Shown here piece by piece: positions 9,164 through 21,239 of a stretch of 64,000 bases of DNA. The stretch covers positions 2,144,001-2,208,000 of the forward strand of contig CAVTBU010000005.1 in assembly GCA_963733035.1 (NCBI GenBank), in the 5' to 3' direction. Position numbers and translations under genes: made by a program. Each line of letters starts with the position of its first letter. The first letter of the stretch is position 1. The notes beneath the pieces were generated by a model that saw nothing but the letters and a program-made list of their open reading frames with translations, was not told the DNA's origin and ran no database searches. The stretch is from Pirellulales bacterium. Lineage in GTDB: Bacteria > Planctomycetota > Planctomycetia > Pirellulales > PALSA-1355.

Positions 9164-12037
9164 ATGACTCTTGCGACTGACGACGACGCCACGTATGTGA
9201 CGGGCGCCGACGAGGCGGATACCATCCGCATCCGCGGCGTGCGCGTTCATAATCTGCAAAACGTCGACATCGACCTGCCCCGCGACCGGCTGGTCGTGAT
9301 CACCGGCCCGAGCGGCTCGGGCAAGAGCTCGCTGGCCTTCGATACGCTGTTTGCCGAAGGGCAGCGTCAGTACATCGAGAGCCTCTCCGTCTATGCCCGG
9401 CAGTTCCTGCATCAGATGGAGCGCCCCGACGTCGACTTGATTGAGGGGCTGGAACCAACGATCTCCATCGACCAGCGGGCCGGCAGCCAGAATCCTCGCA
9501 GCACGGTGGCCACGGTCACCGAGATCTACGATTATCTGCGCCTGCTCTACGCCCGATTGGGCACGGCTACCTGTTACAAATGTCGAGCGACGATCCATCA
9601 GCAGTCACCAGAACAGATCGTCGAGGATCTGGCCGCGCTTCCCTCGGGCACGAAGCTGATGATCATGGCCCCGTATGTGCGCGGCCGCAAAGGTGCACAC
9701 AAGGATGTGCTCGACGCCATCCGCAAGGCGGGTTTCGTGCGCGTGCGTGTCGACGGAGAAATCGTCGACATCGACCAAATCGACACACTGCCCCCTCGAA
9801 AGAATCACAGCATCGACGCGGTCGTCGATCGAGTCGTCGTTCGCGAAGGCGCCGAGCCTCGGTTGGCCGAGTCCACACGACTAGCGATTTCGCACGGCGA
9901 AGGGGCGGTCGTGGCGGTGTATCTAGAACCCACCGCCACCGATGCCAAGGGCCGGCCGGACACGAGTGCCTGGCAAGAACGCCTCTACAGCACGCTCTAC
10001 GCCTGCCCTCATTGCAAAATCAGTTTCGAGGAACTCGAGCCGCGCACGTTCAGCTTCAATAGTCCCTACGGCGCCTGTCGCAGTTGCGAGGGCCTCGGGT
10101 CGCGAATGCAGTTCGATCCCGACTTAGTTCTGCCGGATGATAACCTGTCACTTGCCGAAGGGGCTGTTGTCGCCTGGAAAGGGGCCACACCGGCCCAAGT
10201 TCGCAAGATTAATACGCAGCTCAAGCCCTGGCTGATGGCCACGGGATTTGAGTGGGACCGCCCGCTTTCCGAACTCAAGCCCAAACAGCGGGAGCAACTG
10301 GTTCACGGTGACGGTCGCGGTTTTCCCGGCGTGCTCACCCTGCTCGAACACCAATACGCCACCTCGCTCAAGCCGGCCGAACGGTCCAAACTCGAAGGCC
10401 TGCGCGGCGTGGTCGCGTGCCTCGATTGTGGTGGAGCTCGATTGCGACCGGAGGCTCGGGCGTGCCTGTTTCATGGTTTGGCAATTCACCAGCTGACGGC
10501 GCTCAGCGTCGCGCGCGCCCGCCAATGGTTTGGTGAATTGAATCTTTCGACGAAAGAACAATTGATCGCGACGCCGATCGTCCGCGAGGTCAACAACCGC
10601 CTGTCCTTTCTTGAGAACGTGGGCGTCGAGTATCTCACGCTCGACCGGCCGGCCGACACACTGAGCGGCGGCGAATTGCAACGTGTGCGTTTGGCCACTG
10701 GAATCGGTTCCGGACTCGTGGGCGTGTGCTACGTACTCGACGAGCCATCGATCGGTTTGCACCAGCGAGACAATCAACGGCTGATCGACGCGTTGCGCGG
10801 GCTGCAAGAACAGGGAAATACCGTGCTCGTCGTCGAGCACGATGAGGCGATGATGCGGCAGGCGGACTACCTGGTCGACATGGGTCCAGGAGCCGGCATT
10901 CATGGTGGGCGCATCGTCGCCGAAGGGTCGCCAGAAGAAGTAGCCGGCAACCCTGCCTCCGTGACAGGCCGTTATTTATCAGGCGAACTGGCGATCGAAG
11001 TGCCCGCCACGCGGCGGCGCTTGGCCAAGACGCGTTCGCTGATGATTGAGGGCGTGACAACGAACAACCTCAAGGAAGTCGATGCGCAGATTCCGCTCTC
11101 GGCGCTGGTTTGCGTCACCGGAGTAAGCGGGTCGGGCAAGAGTTCGCTCATTAATGAGACGCTGGCCCGCGCCATCAGGCGGCGTCTCACGGGCGACGGC
11201 CCCAAGCCCGGTCCGCACCGCAGTCTGCGTGGCGTCAGTCAACTCGATAAGCTGATTGAGATCGATCAGTCGCCCATTGGGCGTACGCCGCGGAGCAACC
11301 CGGCGACTTATTCCGGCATGTTCGACGAAATCCGCAAGGTCTTTGCCGGCACGCGCGAGGCACGGCTCCGAGGCTACAAAATCGGCCGCTTCAGCTTCAA
11401 CGTCAAAGGCGGTCGCTGCGAGGAGTGCCAGGGGCAGGGAATTCGCCGCATCGAGATGAACTTCCTGCCCGATTTGCTCGTGCCGTGCCCGGTCTGCGAA
11501 GGAGCACGGTTCAATCACCAAACGCTCGAAGTTCGTTACCGGGGGTTGTCGATCGCCGACGTGCTCGAATTACGCGTTGACGACGCGCTGCAATTCTTCG
11601 AAAACTTCCCGCAGATCGTTCGCCAGCTCACCAGCTTGCAGGATGTCGGTCTAGGATATCTCAGCTTGGGACAATCGTCGACGACCCTCTCCGGCGGCGA
11701 AGCGCAGCGCGTCAAACTGGCCACGGAGCTAGCTCGCGTCGACACCGGAAATACCTTGTATATCCTCGACGAACCAACTACCGGCCTACATTTCGACGAC
11801 ATCAAGAAACTGCTCGTCGTGCTCGACCGGTTGGTCTCCGTTGGGAATACCGTATTGGTAATCGAACACAATTTGGACGTCGCCAAGCGAGCCGACTGGA
11901 TCATCGATCTCGGCCCCGGCGGTGGCGAAAACGGCGGCCAGATCGTGGCCACCGGCACGCCTGAGGATATCGCCGCCACGCCCGAAAACGCGACGGGTGA
12001 ATTCCTGAAGCCACTGCTTAGCGACAAGGCATCCTAA
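9164..12037 (+). CDS. uvrA: Excinuclease ABC subunit A
   Basis: Two ABC modules ([21 protein letters not shown] twice), zinc-finger CxxC pairs, [21 protein letters not shown]. Confidence 0.97.
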   Translation: MTLATDDDATYVTGADEADTIRIRGVRVHNLQNVDIDLPRDRLVVITGPSGSGKSSLAFDTLFAEGQRQYIESLSVYARQFLHQMERPDVDLIEGLEPTISIDQRAGSQNPRSTVATVTEIYDYLRLLYARLGTATCYKCRATIHQQSPEQIVEDLAALPSGTKLMIMAPYVRGRKGAHKDVLDAIRKAGFVRVRVDGEIVDIDQIDTLPPRKNHSIDAVVDRVVVREGAEPRLAESTRLAISHGEGAVVAVYLEPTATDAKGRPDTSAWQERLYSTLYACPHCKISFEELEPRTFSFNSPYGACRSCEGLGSRMQFDPDLVLPDDNLSLAEGAVVAWKGATPAQVRKINTQLKPWLMATGFEWDRPLSELKPKQREQLVHGDGRGFPGVLTLLEHQYATSLKPAERSKLEGLRGVVACLDCGGARLRPEARACLFHGLAIHQLTALSVARARQWFGELNLSTKEQLIATPIVREVNNRLSFLENVGVEYLTLDRPADTLSGGELQRVRLATGIGSGLVGVCYVLDEPSIGLHQRDNQRLIDALRGLQEQGNTVLVVEHDEAMMRQADYLVDMGPGAGIHGGRIVAEGSPEEVAGNPASVTGRYLSGELAIEVPATRRRLAKTRSLMIEGVTTNNLKEVDAQIPLSALVCVTGVSGSGKSSLINETLARAIRRRLTGDGPKPGPHRSLRGVSQLDKLIEIDQSPIGRTPRSNPATYSGMFDEIRKVFAGTREARLRGYKIGRFSFNVKGGRCEECQGQGIRRIEMNFLPDLLVPCPVCEGARFNHQTLEVRYRGLSIADVLELRVDDALQFFENFPQIVRQLTSLQDVGLGYLSLGQSSTTLSGGEAQRVKLATELARVDTGNTLYILDEPTTGLHFDDIKKLLVVLDRLVSVGNTVLVIEHNLDVAKRADWIIDLGPGGGENGGQIVATGTPEDIAATPENATGEFLKPLLSDKAS

Positions 12038-12059
12038 CTCACTCGTTCGCACTGCCGGC

Positions 12060-12626
12060 CTATTTGGCGGCCTTCGCCGCCGCCGCCACGTCGCTCCCCT
12101 TAGCCCGGCCACCGTGGGACTTGCTGACCTTTGCATAGCGGATGATGCCGTCACGGTCGATGACGAACGTCGACGGATAGGCGGTCTCGCGTGGGGCATC
12201 CCAACGCAGCTCATAGGCGCTGGTGAACTCGTAGCCAGGGTCCGTCACGTAATGGAAATTCTCTGGCAGCGTCTTGCCTTTGAGGAATTCCTCGGCTCGA
12301 TCCCCCAGGCCATCGATCGGACCGGGATAGACGAGGACCACGTTGGCGCCGGCCTGCTTCAGCGCGGCGGCATGCTTCATCAGGTCAGCAACTTGAACGC
12401 TGCAAATTGGACACTGATAACCCGGATAGCCTCGCAGCACAACGAGTACCACGGGGCCATTCTCTCGAAGTTCGTCCAGATTCACAGAGTCGCCTTCGAG
12501 TGTCTTCAAGGTAAAGTCAGGCGCCTGCTCTCCAACGGCAGGAATGCCGGCAATCGCCCCCCTGGCAAAGCTGACCGCGAGTAACGCCAGGCCGTAAGCC
12601 GCTAGTAACCGAATCCGCGTGATCAT
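12060..12626 (-). CDS. Exported peroxiredoxin-like (AhpC/TSA, redoxin) protein
   Basis: Signal peptide, APDFTL, RGYPGYQCPIC, YPSTFVID; TGC-TACAAT extended -10 on minus strand at 12708-12716. Confidence 0.85.
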   Translation of the reverse strand: MITRIRLLAAYGLALLAVSFARGAIAGIPAVGEQAPDFTLKTLEGDSVNLDELRENGPVVLVVLRGYPGYQCPICSVQVADLMKHAAALKQAGANVVLVYPGPIDGLGDRAEEFLKGKTLPENFHYVTDPGYEFTSAYELRWDAPRETAYPSTFVIDRDGIIRYAKVSKSHGGRAKGSDVAAAAKAAK

Positions 12627-12741
12627 GTCCTGGTTCTCCGAAGTTGAGTCGATGGATGCCGCCTTCTTAGTCGTAAGGCCGAGGCTGGCCGTTACACCAG
12701 CGGAGTCATTGTAGCAGAACGATTTGCCTAACCGTCTCCCG

Positions 12742-13860
12742 CTATCGCCGGGCAAACCGCCCGACCGCGTCCGGGTTGAGTTCAATTCCCAAACCCGGGC
12801 CACTCGGCACTTGCAGCATTCCTGCAGCGTCAATCTCGAACCGTGGCAACGTCAACTCCTCGATATACGGTACGCCCGTCTGAAACTCGACCCACCGGGC
12901 AACCGGCATCGCGGCCGAGAGCGCCAGATCGGCAGCCACTCCGATGGCCGTGTTCCAGCCGTGGGGCACGAGCAGTACGCCCTGGTCCGCGGCCATCCAA
13001 GCCAGCCGCCGTCCCTCGCTCAGCCCGCCACACTTCGTCAGGTCCGGCTGAATGATGTCCACCGCGCGGCGTGTGATCAGCGGCTGAAACGATTGCCGCC
13101 GGGTGAGCACTTCGCCGGTCGCCACCAACACGGGCGACGTCTCGCGCAGGGCGGCAAAACCGTCGACGTCGTCGGGCACGAGTGCCTCTTCGAACCAAAC
13201 GACACCATAGTCGCCGAGCATCCTGGCCGTTTCCCTCGCCCAGGTGACTCCGTGGGGCCAGAACTGTTCGCTTCCGCCGGCATCAACCATCAGCTCCACG
13301 TCGTCGCCGACTGTTTCCCGCGCCGTTTTGATCAATTGCTCATCGAGCTTACGGCTCACGCGTCCAAACGGCCGCCAGCCCATCTTGATTGCACGGAAGC
13401 CGCGGGCGAGCTGCTCGCGAAGCTTGTCTGCCAGTACCGGCGGATCATCGAACAGCATCGACGCGTACGGCTTGATCCGGTCGCGATAGTTTCCTCCGAG
13501 CAATTTGGATACCGGTTGGCCGAGCGCCTTTCCCCATAGATCCCAAAGTGCTATGTCGAGGCCACTGATCGCATGCTCCACCGAACCGCCACGGCCGAGC
13601 CAGAACGTGCTTTGTCGCATCGTTTCACTCACCCGCTCCGGCTCGAGTGCCGACTGGCCAATCAGAAACGGCTTGAGCAGTTCCAAAGCCCCTTCCACCA
13701 GGGTTCGCGTCGTGTAGCAGCTTCCCAGACCGACCGGCCCTTCATCGCTAACCACCTCGACCAGCGTATTGTATTGCACGTTGGGGTCGGTGCCGCCGGG
13801 CCAACCATGGTCGTCGGTGGCACCAGCCAGGGCAATCGTCCGCACCGAAGCGATCTTCAT
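12742..13860 (-). CDS. Mandelate racemase/muconate lactonizing enzyme family protein
   Basis: SGLDIALWDLWGK, KMG, LMVDA, WFEE, TGE, IIQPD, GPGLG. Confidence 0.92.
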   Translation of the reverse strand: MKIASVRTIALAGATDDHGWPGGTDPNVQYNTLVEVVSDEGPVGLGSCYTTRTLVEGALELLKPFLIGQSALEPERVSETMRQSTFWLGRGGSVEHAISGLDIALWDLWGKALGQPVSKLLGGNYRDRIKPYASMLFDDPPVLADKLREQLARGFRAIKMGWRPFGRVSRKLDEQLIKTARETVGDDVELMVDAGGSEQFWPHGVTWARETARMLGDYGVVWFEEALVPDDVDGFAALRETSPVLVATGEVLTRRQSFQPLITRRAVDIIQPDLTKCGGLSEGRRLAWMAADQGVLLVPHGWNTAIGVAADLALSAAMPVARWVEFQTGVPYIEELTLPRFEIDAAGMLQVPSGPGLGIELNPDAVGRFARR

Positions 13861-13983
13861 CGGTTGAACTCTCCGTCAATTGGAAAGATACTCATGGTAC
13901 CCCAAGCCACACATACTCCCAAGCCGCCGCTTCCCGCCCAATGGCCACGAACTAGGGTCACCCGCACGCAAAGGATTCTTTCC

Positions 13984-14876
13984 GTGAGCAATCGCGCCCT
14001 GACGGACTATCGCTATGAAAAGTTGACTTGGCCCGAAATCGAAGACGCTGTCGACGCCGGACAGGTTTGCATCGTCCCCTGCGGCGCCGTCGAACAACAC
14101 GGCCCTCACCTGCCGCTCGACGTGGACCTTGTCTGCCCGGGCGGCATTGCCCGAGGAACGGGCGAACAAATTCCCGACAAGGTGAAAGTGCTGCCGATCG
14201 TGCCTTACGGCTACACCGGACATGTCATGGATTTTCCCGGCACGATCAACAACGACTTCGAGCATTTTCAACACGGCGTGCTCGACATCTGCAAATCGCT
14301 GGCCTACCACGGCTTCAAAAAGATCATTCTGCTCAACGGCCACGGTTCGAACATGCCGAACCTCGATCTGGTCGCGCGGCGGTCCAATCTCGAGACCGAC
14401 GCCGAATGCGTTTGCATCGGCTGGTGGCATCTGCTGTCGGTCGACAAGGAATTCTTCCCTCGGTGGCGCGAAAGCAAGTTTCCTGGCGGCTGCGCCACGC
14501 CTGCGAACTCGAAACGTCGCTGTACATGTACCTCGACGGCGAGAACGTGCGAATGGACAAAATCAAAAACGGCGACATCAGCTTCAACCTTGAAGACAGC
14601 CCGTTCATGTGGGTCGATCTGTTTGCCGCAGGTCCGGCGACGGTCATCTCCTGGACCAGCAGCTACAGTGAAACGGGCGTGCTCGGCGAACCGGAACTGG
14701 CGACGCCGGAAAAGGGACGTCAGGTGTATGAGGAGGCGGTAAAGCAACTCGTGCGGTTCGTCACCTGGTTTAAGGACCGGCCCCGCGACCCGCGGCGCGA
14801 TCGTCACCGCAGATCGCCAACGATGCCGATTCCCTGGAATCAACGTCCGATCAATAAGAAGCACGACATACAGTGA
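13984..14876 (+). CDS. Creatininase family protein, 1-nt frameshift near 14495
   Basis: GAVEQHGPHLP, FPGT, NGHGSN in one frame; HACELETS in the next; adding one C (gcc[c]ac) gives GGCAHACELETS. Confidence 0.88.
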
Positions 14877-14883
14877 GACGGCC

Positions 14884-17671
14884 GTGTCCTTGGCTACGCT
14901 GAGAATGAGCCTGTTCATACTGGTGTCGCTGGTGGCGTTACCTGTCGCGGCCGACGAACCTCGCGCCGCCGACAACGACTTCTTCGAGCGCGACATCCGA
15001 CCCCTGCTGATTCGACACTGCCATACCTGCCACGGTGACCTGGCCGAGCCCAAGGGCGGACTGAAACTCACTTCGCGAGATGACGCGCCTGCGCGGGGGC
15101 GACAGCGGCCCGGCGGCGGTGGCCGGAAAACCCGACGAGAGCCTGCTGATCTCGGCCGTGAACTACGAAGACTTGGAAATGCCTCCGGACGGCAAGCGAC
15201 TCGACCCGACGGAAGTTGCCAAGCTTTCCGAGTGGGTTAAGCGTGGGCTTCCCTGGCCAAAAGCTACGGCTGCCTCCCTTGCTCGCGCCCAAAACCTGGT
15301 CGAGAACCAACAGATCGCCGAGGTGCAAAGAATCCATTGGGCGTTTCAGCCAATCCAGCGACCAGCCATCCCAGTGGTCCGCGATTCGAGTTGGGCCAAG
15401 ACTGAGGTCGATCCCTTTGTCTTGGCATTGCTGAAAAAGCACAACCTTACCCCCTCGCGGCCGGCGGACAAGCGGATGCTCTTGAGGCGGTTGTCATTCG
15501 ATCTGACTGGCCTGCCGCCTACTCCGGAAGAAGTCGACGCCTTTGTTGCCGACGAGGCGCCGGATGCCACCCAGCGCGTCGTTGATCGATTGCTCGCCTC
15601 ACCCCACTACGGTGAACGCTGGGCCCGGCATTGGCTCGACGTCGCGCGTTACGCCGACACAAAGGGCTATGTGTTGTTTCAGGATGGAAACTTCCCATGG
15701 TCGTACACCTATCGCGACTATGTCATTCGTGCGTTCAATGACGACTTGCCCTACGACCGGTTTCTCGTCGAGCAAATCGCCGCCGACAAGCTGGCGCTCG
15801 GTGATGACCGACGGCCGCTCACAGCGCTGGGCTTTCTTACCCTCGGCAGCAGCTTTATGAACAACCAGCAGGACGTAATCGACGATCGAATTGACGTCAT
15901 TTCTCGCGGCCTGCTGGGACTAACGGTTGCCTGCGCTCGCTGCCACGACCACAAGTTCGATCCCATCCCCACCCGCGACTATTACTCGCTCTACGGCGTG
16001 TTGGCCAGCTCGGTCGAGCCGACGGTGCCACCGCTTTTCGAAGAGCCGCCACGGACCGAGGAATACGCGGCGTTTGCCAAGGAGCTTGCCGAGCGGGAAA
16101 AGAAGCTCAACGACTACGTGGAGGGGAAGTTTGCCGAGTTGCTCACCGGAGCACGCACGCGGTTATCCGAGTATTTGCTTGCCGCCCATGCCCAGCGAGG
16201 CAAACCACCGACAGAAGACTTCATGCTGTTGGCGGATCCCGAAGATCCCAATCCTACGATGGTCATTCGCTATCAGCTCTATCTGGAACGTACGGCCCAA
16301 GGACACGACCCGGTGTGGGCTTTGTGGCACGCACTTGGTGCCATTCCACCGGAGAGGTTCGCCGACAAAGCCAATGCAACTGTCGAACGGATTCTCGCCG
16401 AGCAAACCATCGAACGACCGATCAATCCACTGGTGGCCGGAGCCTTCCTTGGCAAGCCGCTTCGCGAAATGGCCGACGTGGCCAAGATCTATGGCGAACT
16501 TCTGCTCGGTGCCGACACGCTGCCGGCGGCGAGCAACCAGAGCAATCCCGCACTGGCCGCCTTGCAGCGCGTGTTGCGAGGCTCGGAAGCCCCGGCCAAT
16601 TTGGCTCGCAATGAGATCAATACCTTGGCCCTGCTCCCTGATCGCAAGTCGCAGGGCGAACGCAAAGAATTCCTGAAGGCCGTCGAGGAATGGCGGGCCA
16701 GCGGTCCGGCCGCGCCGCCAAGGGCCATGGCGCTGGAAGATTCACCGACACCGATCGAGCCGCGGATTTTTATACGGGGTAATCCGACGAATCTCGGCGA
16801 GGCAGTTCCGCGTCGGTTTCTCCGCGTGCTCAGCGACGGTGAGCCGGCCCCGTTTACCGAAGGCAGCGGCCGACTGGAACTCGCCCAAGCGATCGCCGAT
16901 CGAGACAATCCGCTCACGGCTCGTGTTCTGGTCAACCGCATATGGCTCGCACATTTTGGCACGCCTCTGGTGACAACACCGAGCGACTTTGGCCTGCGGA
17001 GCGACCCGCCAAGCCATCCCGCGCTTTTGGACCATTTGGCCACGGGCCTCATGGAGCACGGCTGGAGCATCAAGTGGCTCCACCGGCAGATCGTTCTGTC
17101 GGCAACCTACCGCCAGGCCAGTGATGATCGGACGGATTGCCTCAAGCTCGATCCCGAGAATCGCTGGCTCTGGCGGATGAACCGTCGCCGGCTCGATTTC
17201 GAAACGACACGCGATACACTGTTGGCGGTCAGCGGGCGACTCGATCGCACGCTGGGTGGGCCTCCAATCACCGACATTTGTTCACCCGACGCCACTCGAC
17301 GCACGATATACGGCCGCATCGATCGTCTGAACTTACCCGGTTTGTTCCGCACATTCGATTTTCCGAACCCCGACGCCACCAGCCCCGAACGTCCGCAAAC
17401 CACCGTGCCACAACAGGCTTTGTTCTTCTTGAACCATCCGCTGGTGATCGAGGCGGCCAAGGCATTTTGGTCACGGACGGACGTGCCAACGGGCAAAGAT
17501 GCCGCGCCTCGAATCGACCGACTTTACCGCGTGGCGTATGGACGTCCGCCGAGTGATGACGAATTGGATTGGGCCGAGCAGTTTATCTCGGCCGGGGTCG
17601 GAAGCGACGACGTTTGGACGGAACTCGCCCAGGCGATCTTGGCCACCAACGAATTCGTGTACATTGACTAG
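14884..17671 (+). CDS. Planctomycete cytochrome c / DUF1549 / DUF1553 (PSD1) protein, 1-nt frameshift near 15088
   Basis: Signal peptide, FFERDIRP..CHTCH, HWAFQP, YGERWARHWLDVARY, CARCHDHKFDP, PSHPALLD, TTVPQQALF. Confidence 0.9.
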
Positions 17672-17682
17672 AGACTCTCGCT

Positions 17683-19119
17683 ATGGCCACGTACGACCAA
17701 AAACATGGAGAAACGAGCCCGCGGCTCACGCGGCGGAAAATGCTCGCTCGCAGCGGCCTGGGGTTTGGCATGCTAGGGCTTGCCGGCGTGCTCGCGGCCG
17801 ACGGCGCAATGCCGCAGGTTGCCGACGCATCGACGTCCGGTGGAGCACTGGCTCCCAAACACCCACATTTTGCCGGCAAGGCCAAACAGGTCGTGCACCT
17901 GTTCATGAACGGCGGACCGTCGCAGGTAGATACCTTCGATCCCAAGCCGGCCCTCGATCAATACCACGGTCAACCTCTGCCCAGCAGCTTGCGTACCGAA
18001 CGCAAAACCGGCGCGGCGATGCGCTCGCCGTTTAAGTTTGCCCGGTACGGACAAAGCGGGATCGAAATCAGCGAATTGTTTGCGAAAACTGCACAGCACG
18101 TCGACGACCTGTGTATCATTCGCTCGATGACTGCCGACGTCCCGAATCACGAGCCTTCACTGTTGCTCATGAACTGCGGCGATGGTCGCCTGCCGCGGCC
18201 CAGCGTTGGGTCGTGGGTGACTTACGGACTCGGTTCCGAGAACCAGAATCTGCCGGGCTTCATCGCGCTGTGTCCGGGCGGCTATCCGATCGTGGCCACC
18301 CAGAACTGGCGATCCGCCTTTTTGCCGGGCGCCTATCAGGGCACCTACATCGACACCAAGCACACAGAAGTCGACAAGCTGGTCGAGAATATCCAAAACA
18401 AAATGCTTTCCCCCAATGAGCAGCGACGGCAACTCGACTTCGTGCAGCGGCTGAATCGGAGTCATCAGCAATCCCGGGCGGCCGACGCGCGGCTGGAATC
18501 CCGCATCGAATCGTTCGAACTCGCCTATCGCATGCAGGGCGAGGCCGCCGAGGCGTTCGACGTCTCGCGCGAGCCGGAGCATGTTCGGGCGATGTATGGC
18601 GACGGACTGCAAGGTCGGCAACTCATGATCACCCGCCGGTTGCTCGAGCGCGGTGTGCGGTTCATACAGGTTTGGAGCGGTGCGGGCCAGCCTTGGGACA
18701 ACCACGAAAACATCGAGGCGGGACACCGCGAGCTATGCGGCGAGTGGGACGGACCGATCGCCGCCTTTTTGGCCGATCTGAAACAACGCGGCCTGCTCGA
18801 CAGCACGCTCGTGCTGTGGGGCGGGGAATTCGGCCGTACGCCGGTTGCGGAATTGCCGAAACTGAGCGGCCGGGACCACAACCACTACGGTTTCACGATG
18901 TGGCTGGCCGGCGGGGGCGTACGCGGTGGACAAGTGTATGGCGCGACCGACGACTTCGGCTTTGCCGCCGTGCAAAACAAGGTGCACGTGCACGATCTGC
19001 ATGCCACCATGCTGCATCTGTTGGGCATTGACCACGAGCGGCTGACCTACCGCTACGCGGGGCGAGACTTCCGCCTGACCGACGTACATGGCCGCGTGAT
19101 GCGCGACCTGTTGGCCTAG
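17683..19119 (+). CDS. DUF1501 domain protein
   Basis: Twin-arginine-like TRRKML, GGPSQVDTFDPKP, WDNH, GEFGRTP, GRDH, RDFRLTDVHG. Confidence 0.93.
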   Translation: MATYDQKHGETSPRLTRRKMLARSGLGFGMLGLAGVLAADGAMPQVADASTSGGALAPKHPHFAGKAKQVVHLFMNGGPSQVDTFDPKPALDQYHGQPLPSSLRTERKTGAAMRSPFKFARYGQSGIEISELFAKTAQHVDDLCIIRSMTADVPNHEPSLLLMNCGDGRLPRPSVGSWVTYGLGSENQNLPGFIALCPGGYPIVATQNWRSAFLPGAYQGTYIDTKHTEVDKLVENIQNKMLSPNEQRRQLDFVQRLNRSHQQSRAADARLESRIESFELAYRMQGEAAEAFDVSREPEHVRAMYGDGLQGRQLMITRRLLERGVRFIQVWSGAGQPWDNHENIEAGHRELCGEWDGPIAAFLADLKQRGLLDSTLVLWGGEFGRTPVAELPKLSGRDHNHYGFTMWLAGGGVRGGQVYGATDDFGFAAVQNKVHVHDLHATMLHLLGIDHERLTYRYAGRDFRLTDVHGRVMRDLLA

Positions 19120-19123
19120 CGGC

Positions 19124-19702
19124 TCAGCCGCCGAAAGGACCGCCCATCGACGATAGGCCACGTTGCTGGCGGCGTTCCTGGAGCTGTTTCATGTACTCGC
19201 CGAACATGGCTCGCTCTTGCGGCGAGGTATTGTCGAGCATCCGCTTGCGCATCTCATTGCGCTGATTCTGGTCCATGCCACCGCGATTGCCAAAGCCGCC
19301 TGGGGGACCCGGGGGGCGCTCGCCGCTGGCGCGCCGCTTTTGCATGTCCTTGCGGAATTTTTCCATGCGGTCGATATCTTCGTCGAGTTGCGCCCTGCGC
19401 TGATCCTCGGGCAGGTCAAAGTAATCGGCGACCCTTTGCCGCATCCGTTGGGCAAACGGATTGTCGCGCATCAATTCATCGCGCTGATCCGAGGAGAGCT
19501 TTTCTGTTTCCTTCCGCAGCTCGCCAAATGCCTGGCGACGGTCTTCATCCGCCATTTTTGTATTCGGATCGAAAAGCCTCTCCTGCAACTGCTGGACCTT
19601 CACCATCTGGGGATCCGGTCGCGGCGGAAGCAAAGCCCAGGCCAGGCCACCAAATGCCGCCAAGATCAACAACGCCACGACCGTCTTTTTGTTTCTTGAC
19701 AT
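19124..19702 (-). CDS. Hypothetical membrane-anchored helical protein (Spy/CpxP-like composition)
   Basis: N-terminal TM; R/E/Q/M-rich helices with LSSDQR, LPEDQR, TSPQER pseudo-repeats. Confidence 0.6.
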   Translation of the reverse strand: MSRNKKTVVALLILAAFGGLAWALLPPRPDPQMVKVQQLQERLFDPNTKMADEDRRQAFGELRKETEKLSSDQRDELMRDNPFAQRMRQRVADYFDLPEDQRRAQLDEDIDRMEKFRKDMQKRRASGERPPGPPGGFGNRGGMDQNQRNEMRKRMLDNTSPQERAMFGEYMKQLQERRQQRGLSSMGGPFGG

Positions 19703-19895
19703 CGCTACCAATTCCGCGGGTGCAATTACGTCTGGGCACCAGTGTAGCCTACACCTGGCCGATCGAAACATCAAACACCGCAGCCTGGTTCGAGTGTCGC
19801 GCAGGCGCGCAAGATCCCGTCACTTCACTCGATAACTTGACTTATCTGCTTCGCCGTCTCTGAGCGCGACGAAAGGAATCGCGACGCGGATGAGA

Positions 19896-20975
19896 CTAGC
19901 CGCTAGCCACGATACGATCAAAGGCTTGCATTTCGGCTGGACTGCCGACGATCAAAGGCGTTCGCTGATGAATGCTCTGGGGCTTGACGTCCAAGATCCG
20001 GCCCTGGCCGCTGCTCGCTCGGCCGCCTGCCTGTTCGGCAATATAGGCAATGGGATTGGCTTCGTAGAGCAGGCGTAGCTTGCCCTCGGGCCGCTCGTCG
20101 TTGGGAGGATAGAGGAATACGCCCCCCTTGAGTAGCGTGCGATGGAAGTCGGACACCATCGAGCCGATATACCGCGAGGCATAGCGATGTCCGAACTCTC
20201 CGGAGCGCAATCCTGCGACATATTTCCGGTACGGAACTGGAGATCGGTCGAGGTGTGCCTCGTTCATCGAATAGTAAGGCCCCGACTGTGGAATGCGGAT
20301 ATTGGGGTGTGAGAGCACGTAGGCTCCCACGGCCGGGTCCAGTGTAAATCCGTGGACACCGTTGCCGGCGCTGTAAACCAACATCGTCGACGATCCATAA
20401 AGCACGTAGCCGGCCGCAACTTGCTTGTGGCCCGGCTGCAGGACCTCGTCGGCACGAACCGGCTCGTCGAGTGGCCGGGTACGCTTCAAGATCGAAAACG
20501 TGGTGCCGACACTGACGTTCACGTCAATGTTTGACGAACCATCAAGCGGATCGAACACCACAATGTACTTGGCATGTGGCGAACCGCCGTGCGCCAATAG
20601 CGGATGCTCGTTCTCTTCCGACGCCATCATGGCCACGCTCTCGCGGACTTTGAGCGCGTGCAGAAGCATGTCGTTCGCGTACACATCGAGCTTTTGTTGA
20701 ATCTCGCCCTGGACATTCACGTCGCCTTGCACGCCAAGAATGTCGGCGAGGCCTGCCCGGCGCACCTTGGCCTCAATGAGTTTGGTGGCCAACGTGATGC
20801 CCGACAACAGCCAGGAGAACTCACCAGAGGCCCCGGCAAACCGCCGTTGTTCATTGAGGATGTGTTGCTGGACGGTGATTAATGGCGGAAAAGTGAGCCG
20901 TTTGGGCGGCTCGATGGGAGAATCGGCGTCAGCATGCACAGCAGTGGTTTCCCCGGAAACACGACAAACGTTCAT
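19896..20975 (-). CDS. fbp: Class 1 fructose-1,6-bisphosphatase
   Basis: NVQGE.QQKLD, SEE, FDPLDGSSNID, RYIGSMVSD, GKLRLLYEANP; exact start uncertain. Confidence 0.95.
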   Translation of the reverse strand: MNVCRVSGETTAVHADADSPIEPPKRLTFPPLITVQQHILNEQRRFAGASGEFSWLLSGITLATKLIEAKVRRAGLADILGVQGDVNVQGEIQQKLDVYANDMLLHALKVRESVAMMASEENEHPLLAHGGSPHAKYIVVFDPLDGSSNIDVNVSVGTTFSILKRTRPLDEPVRADEVLQPGHKQVAAGYVLYGSSTMLVYSAGNGVHGFTLDPAVGAYVLSHPNIRIPQSGPYYSMNEAHLDRSPVPYRKYVAGLRSGEFGHRYASRYIGSMVSDFHRTLLKGGVFLYPPNDERPEGKLRLLYEANPIAYIAEQAGGRASSGQGRILDVKPQSIHQRTPLIVGSPAEMQAFDRIVASG

Positions 20976-21239
20976 TTCAGTTGACGGACCGCCTGGAGCA
21001 AGTATCTCAGCCCGACCCAAACACGGCAATGGCCACCGGCGCCGAGAAAGCTGGGTGGAAAACATGGATCGCCATATCGCACCGGATTGTTCGGCGGCCC
21101 GTCGCCTGGCCGGTTTCTGGCAGCGGCGGGTCTTTGCGAGCGCAATCGTGCGGCTGTCACTGCTGGTGATCGCCCGAAGCGTGGCAGCGAGCGTGCCGGT
21201 GCCGTCGCCGAATAGCCAACAAGTCAGCAAATCGGTGCG

